Assembly: GCA_022072085.1 (NCBI GenBank)
Contig: JAJVII010000043.1
Coordinates: forward strand, 446 to 64,445
From: Phycisphaerae bacterium
Lineage (GTDB): Bacteria > Planctomycetota > Phycisphaerae > JAJVII01
DNA: 64,000 nt
Direction: 5' to 3'
Part shown: in pieces, positions 62,901 to 64,000 of the stretch
How the letters are laid out: the number at the start of each line of letters is the position of its first letter
Numbering within the stretch: the stretch's first letter is position 1
Notes under the pieces: generated by a model
Told to the model about the DNA's origin: nothing
What the model saw: the letters and a program-made list of their open reading frames with translations, nothing else
The model's database searches: none
Translations under genes and position numbers: made by a program

Positions 62901-63167
62901 GTGGCGCCGGCAGCCGTCCCGGTCGATCCGGTAGAGAACCTCGCGTGCAAGGCGCTGGCCAGGCTGATCGCCGCGGCGCCACAGGCGGAGCTGGCGACGG
63001 CGGCCCGCATCGAACTGGCTGAACTGCACCGGCGGCGCGGCCACCGCGAGGCGGCCGTCGCCCTGCTGGCTGAGGCGCTGGAGAACAGCCCACCGGCCGA
63101 CCAGGCCAAACGGATTCGCCGGTGGCTGGCGGAACTGAACAAACCGGCGACGGAGAAACGGCCATGA
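59979..63167 (+). CDS. Secreted TPR-repeat protein (about 1060 aa)
   Basis: Signal peptide (…WYILLLLASSASAQP) followed by many TPR-like helical repeats (…AEALKAAAEAKGFADPPAALYWLGAAH…, …YYLAILQADLGRFSEAVQGFAAL…). ORF-track 59730 is an extension. The long minus-strand ORFs across it are antisense artefacts. Confidence 0.6.
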   Translation: MTRCATMIGRSTPARASAWYILLLLASSASAQPAPPNPDDAEAARLLAAARNTYSQRNYPAAVQQFRQYLTRFAARPEAADAQFGLGMALLDQPGARPEDLKAAAEALKAAAEAKGFADPPAALYWLGAAHRDQGVAALAQAVAHPEAAAQHRAAAEQAFGDAAARFAAAAAAFAQRARSAPADRQAIDLAWSARARCDRCRMLLCMGKNKEALAAADAILTDAALAGPAAADSRALALYLSGDAAYRSDDLLAAGRTLSRLAPFDGNFDFIPQTRYLLGRIHHRLDQQPEAAAQYKAALDAFEQQKKSARQKLGNPAALTPQQRDACRSLANGPAPDFVVRATYYLAILQADLGRFSEAVQGFAALLNAWPRSPLAPQAQLRLGYCQLQLRNLPEAVRWLTPLLSSGELGDRAGWWLARAQVAGADRNNAPAWQQALAAAIANLKAAADKAASLAKSDPAAAARRADMLLELSDLQQSAARFADAAATCAAVVADKVDPLRGEQALQRQVEALHLAGQYAASDAAAERFLRGWPRSTLAPAVLFRQAENAYLLAVAATAAEPPAPQADRDRLFAAAVDRYRGLIARYPDFDRANLARLGLATALYQLGKFDDAAAALADIPEPDRVGELAAVPYLLADCTMRALPPESPAADALVAARVIDRADRCARLLEGYVAAAPPDAAQLDDALVKLGCCYLRLAGLVADKPERDKVLVQARTALERALAIPGRPSRPAAHYEHARCVALQGDLNAGIEELGRFRPENPNYGASPIAALGMLRQATYLRAAGRSAEAAAVLDLCRKSYEQALLKDPVRTAWVPAIQYEQAAAAADLGKPADARTLFEALARQFPRQPEATDAVWQAARCARLEATPAAAAAAATLARPLASAQEIAAAEKALDAAAATLAPWIDALAGQAETLATLARGSESHLRMEYELANCHRFCADARLEKARRRLARELRDKATPPGQAPGPLPDVAPAAVPVDPVENLACKALARLIAAAPQAELATAARIELAELHRRRGHREAAVALLAEALENSPPADQAKRIRRWLAELNKPATEKRP

Positions 63168-64000
63168 GACAGCGACGCTGCATCGGCCTGGTGTTCGCGG
63201 TGGCGCTGCTGCTGGCGATGCCGCGCCCGGGGCGGGCGTACATCGAGGCCCCCTTCACGCTCGGACGCATCTGCAACGAATCAACCAACATCCTGGTCAT
63301 GCGGATCGAGAGCGTGGACCGGCAGAAGAACCTGATCGTCTACCGCAAGGTGCGCGACCTGAAGGGTACGCACCCGGGCGAGGTGATCCGCCACAACATC
63401 GCCCGCGCGGGCTTCAACCCGCGCGAGTGGCAGAACGTGATGGCCTGGGCCGAGGTGGGCAAGACGGCGGTCTTCTTCCACAACGGCGGCGCGGGCGAGG
63501 TCTGCATCGATCACTACTGGTACCAGGCCTACGCCGGCGAGTGGTGGTCGATGAGCCACGCCGAGCCCTTCCTGCTGCGGTCCTTCTGCGGTCGGCCGTC
63601 ACGGCTCATCACCTCGGTCCAGGCGATGCTCGCAGGCCAGGAGGTCGTCGTCCCCTGCATGGTCGACGGCGACAAGAACGCCCTGCACCTCCGCACGGCG
63701 CGGCTGCAACGGCTGCGGGCCAGCCTCAAACTCGTGGAATACGACACCAAGCGCGACTTCGCCGGCTGGGGCGTCGAGGAGTTCTCGCCGCTGGTCGGCC
63801 TGCCCGGGTTCACGCACCAGGCCCCGTTGGCCAACGTCGGCCCGTCGGCGATCGGCATCGCCGCCGGCGACTTCGACGGCGACGGCAAGAGCGACTTCTG
63901 CCTCTACGGACCGACGCGGCTGTCGCTGCTGCACAACGAGTCGGGCTCGCCGGCCGACGCGTCGCCCGGCCTCGACGGTGGGGCCCGCGGGGCGAGTTGG
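63164..64000 (+). CDS. Secreted protein with FG-GAP-like repeat (5' part only; runs off the window)
   Basis: ATGA overlap with the TPR gene. Signal peptide (…LLLAMPRPGRAYIEAP). The C-terminal …GIAAGDFDGDGKSDF… is an FG-GAP/VCBS-like motif. No stop before position 64000. Confidence 0.5.
   Translation, partial: MRQRRCIGLVFAVALLLAMPRPGRAYIEAPFTLGRICNESTNILVMRIESVDRQKNLIVYRKVRDLKGTHPGEVIRHNIARAGFNPREWQNVMAWAEVGKTAVFFHNGGAGEVCIDHYWYQAYAGEWWSMSHAEPFLLRSFCGRPSRLITSVQAMLAGQEVVVPCMVDGDKNALHLRTARLQRLRASLKLVEYDTKRDFAGWGVEEFSPLVGLPGFTHQAPLANVGPSAIGIAAGDFDGDGKSDFCLYGPTRLSLLHNESGSPADASPGLDGGARGASW

Noticed and set aside
59727-63300. ORFs 59727..60893(-), 61404..63044(-), 61759..63300(-)
   Set aside because: Antisense or alternative frames of the TPR protein gene.
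1-64000. tRNA/rRNA/tmRNA genes
   Set aside because: No cloverleaf-like conserved boxes (for example GGTTCGAATCC T-loop) or rRNA-like segments noticed by eye. An Infernal or tRNAscan run would be needed to be certain.

Overview
This is a 64-kb, high-GC (~68%) bacterial chromosomal segment with very strong GC3 codon bias, frequent GTG starts and tightly coupled ATGA/GTGA gene junctions. The ORF track is swamped by antisense and alternative-frame artefacts, several over 900 aa; real genes were picked by domain and motif content.

The far left end is a kor operon on the minus strand (2-oxoacid:ferredoxin oxidoreductase alpha, with a 3'-truncated beta). After a ~970-bp gap, the left arm (3.6-9.1 kb) is a sigma-54-type two-component module: an NtrC-family activator, a PhnD-like binding protein, a HAMP-DHp protein with no kinase domain, and a polytopic histidine kinase.

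The core (10-46 kb) is a dense respiratory / extracellular-electron-transfer island:
- twelve c-type cytochrome genes carrying about 111 canonical CXXCH motifs plus CX3CH/CX4CH variants
- two duplicated 'doubled-CXXCH cytochrome + thioredoxin-fold/TPR' cassettes
- a split Rieske/cytochrome b6-subunit IV complex with a membrane-anchored pentaheme and a NapC/NrfH-family 12-heme quinol dehydrogenase
- a decaheme lipoprotein, a 672-aa outer-membrane beta-barrel, an NHL beta-propeller and a 12-heme cytochrome, which together look like a porin-cytochrome conduit
- two tandem small tetraheme cytochromes
- a complete System-I cytochrome c maturation set (ccmE with Cys in place of the heme-binding His, then ccmF, ccmA, ccmB, ccmC and ccmD), interrupted by two repeat-containing paralogues
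- a CbcL-like multiheme-c/diheme-b fusion
- a ~24-heme giant cytochrome

At least four near-identical sigma-54 -24/-12 promoters, with TTCCCA-N4-TGGGAA palindromes upstream, sit in front of the cytochrome and ccm operons.

The right arm (47-54 kb, minus strand) is an unusual operon: GAF-HlyD, a PqqD-like/M50 protease/HlyD fusion, a short SecA-like ATPase and a third HlyD adaptor. I consider this the best candidate for an undescribed peptide or protein processing-export machine. It is followed by a DUF3467 gene, a transglutaminase-like gene, and large secreted TPR and FG-GAP proteins.

Intergenic spacers carry a striking family of low-GC, word-repeat inverted-repeat (MITE-like) elements. No rRNA, tRNA or CRISPR arrays were recognised.

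The Planctomycetota-like assignment (TTQP linkers, NHL lipoproteins) is inference only.
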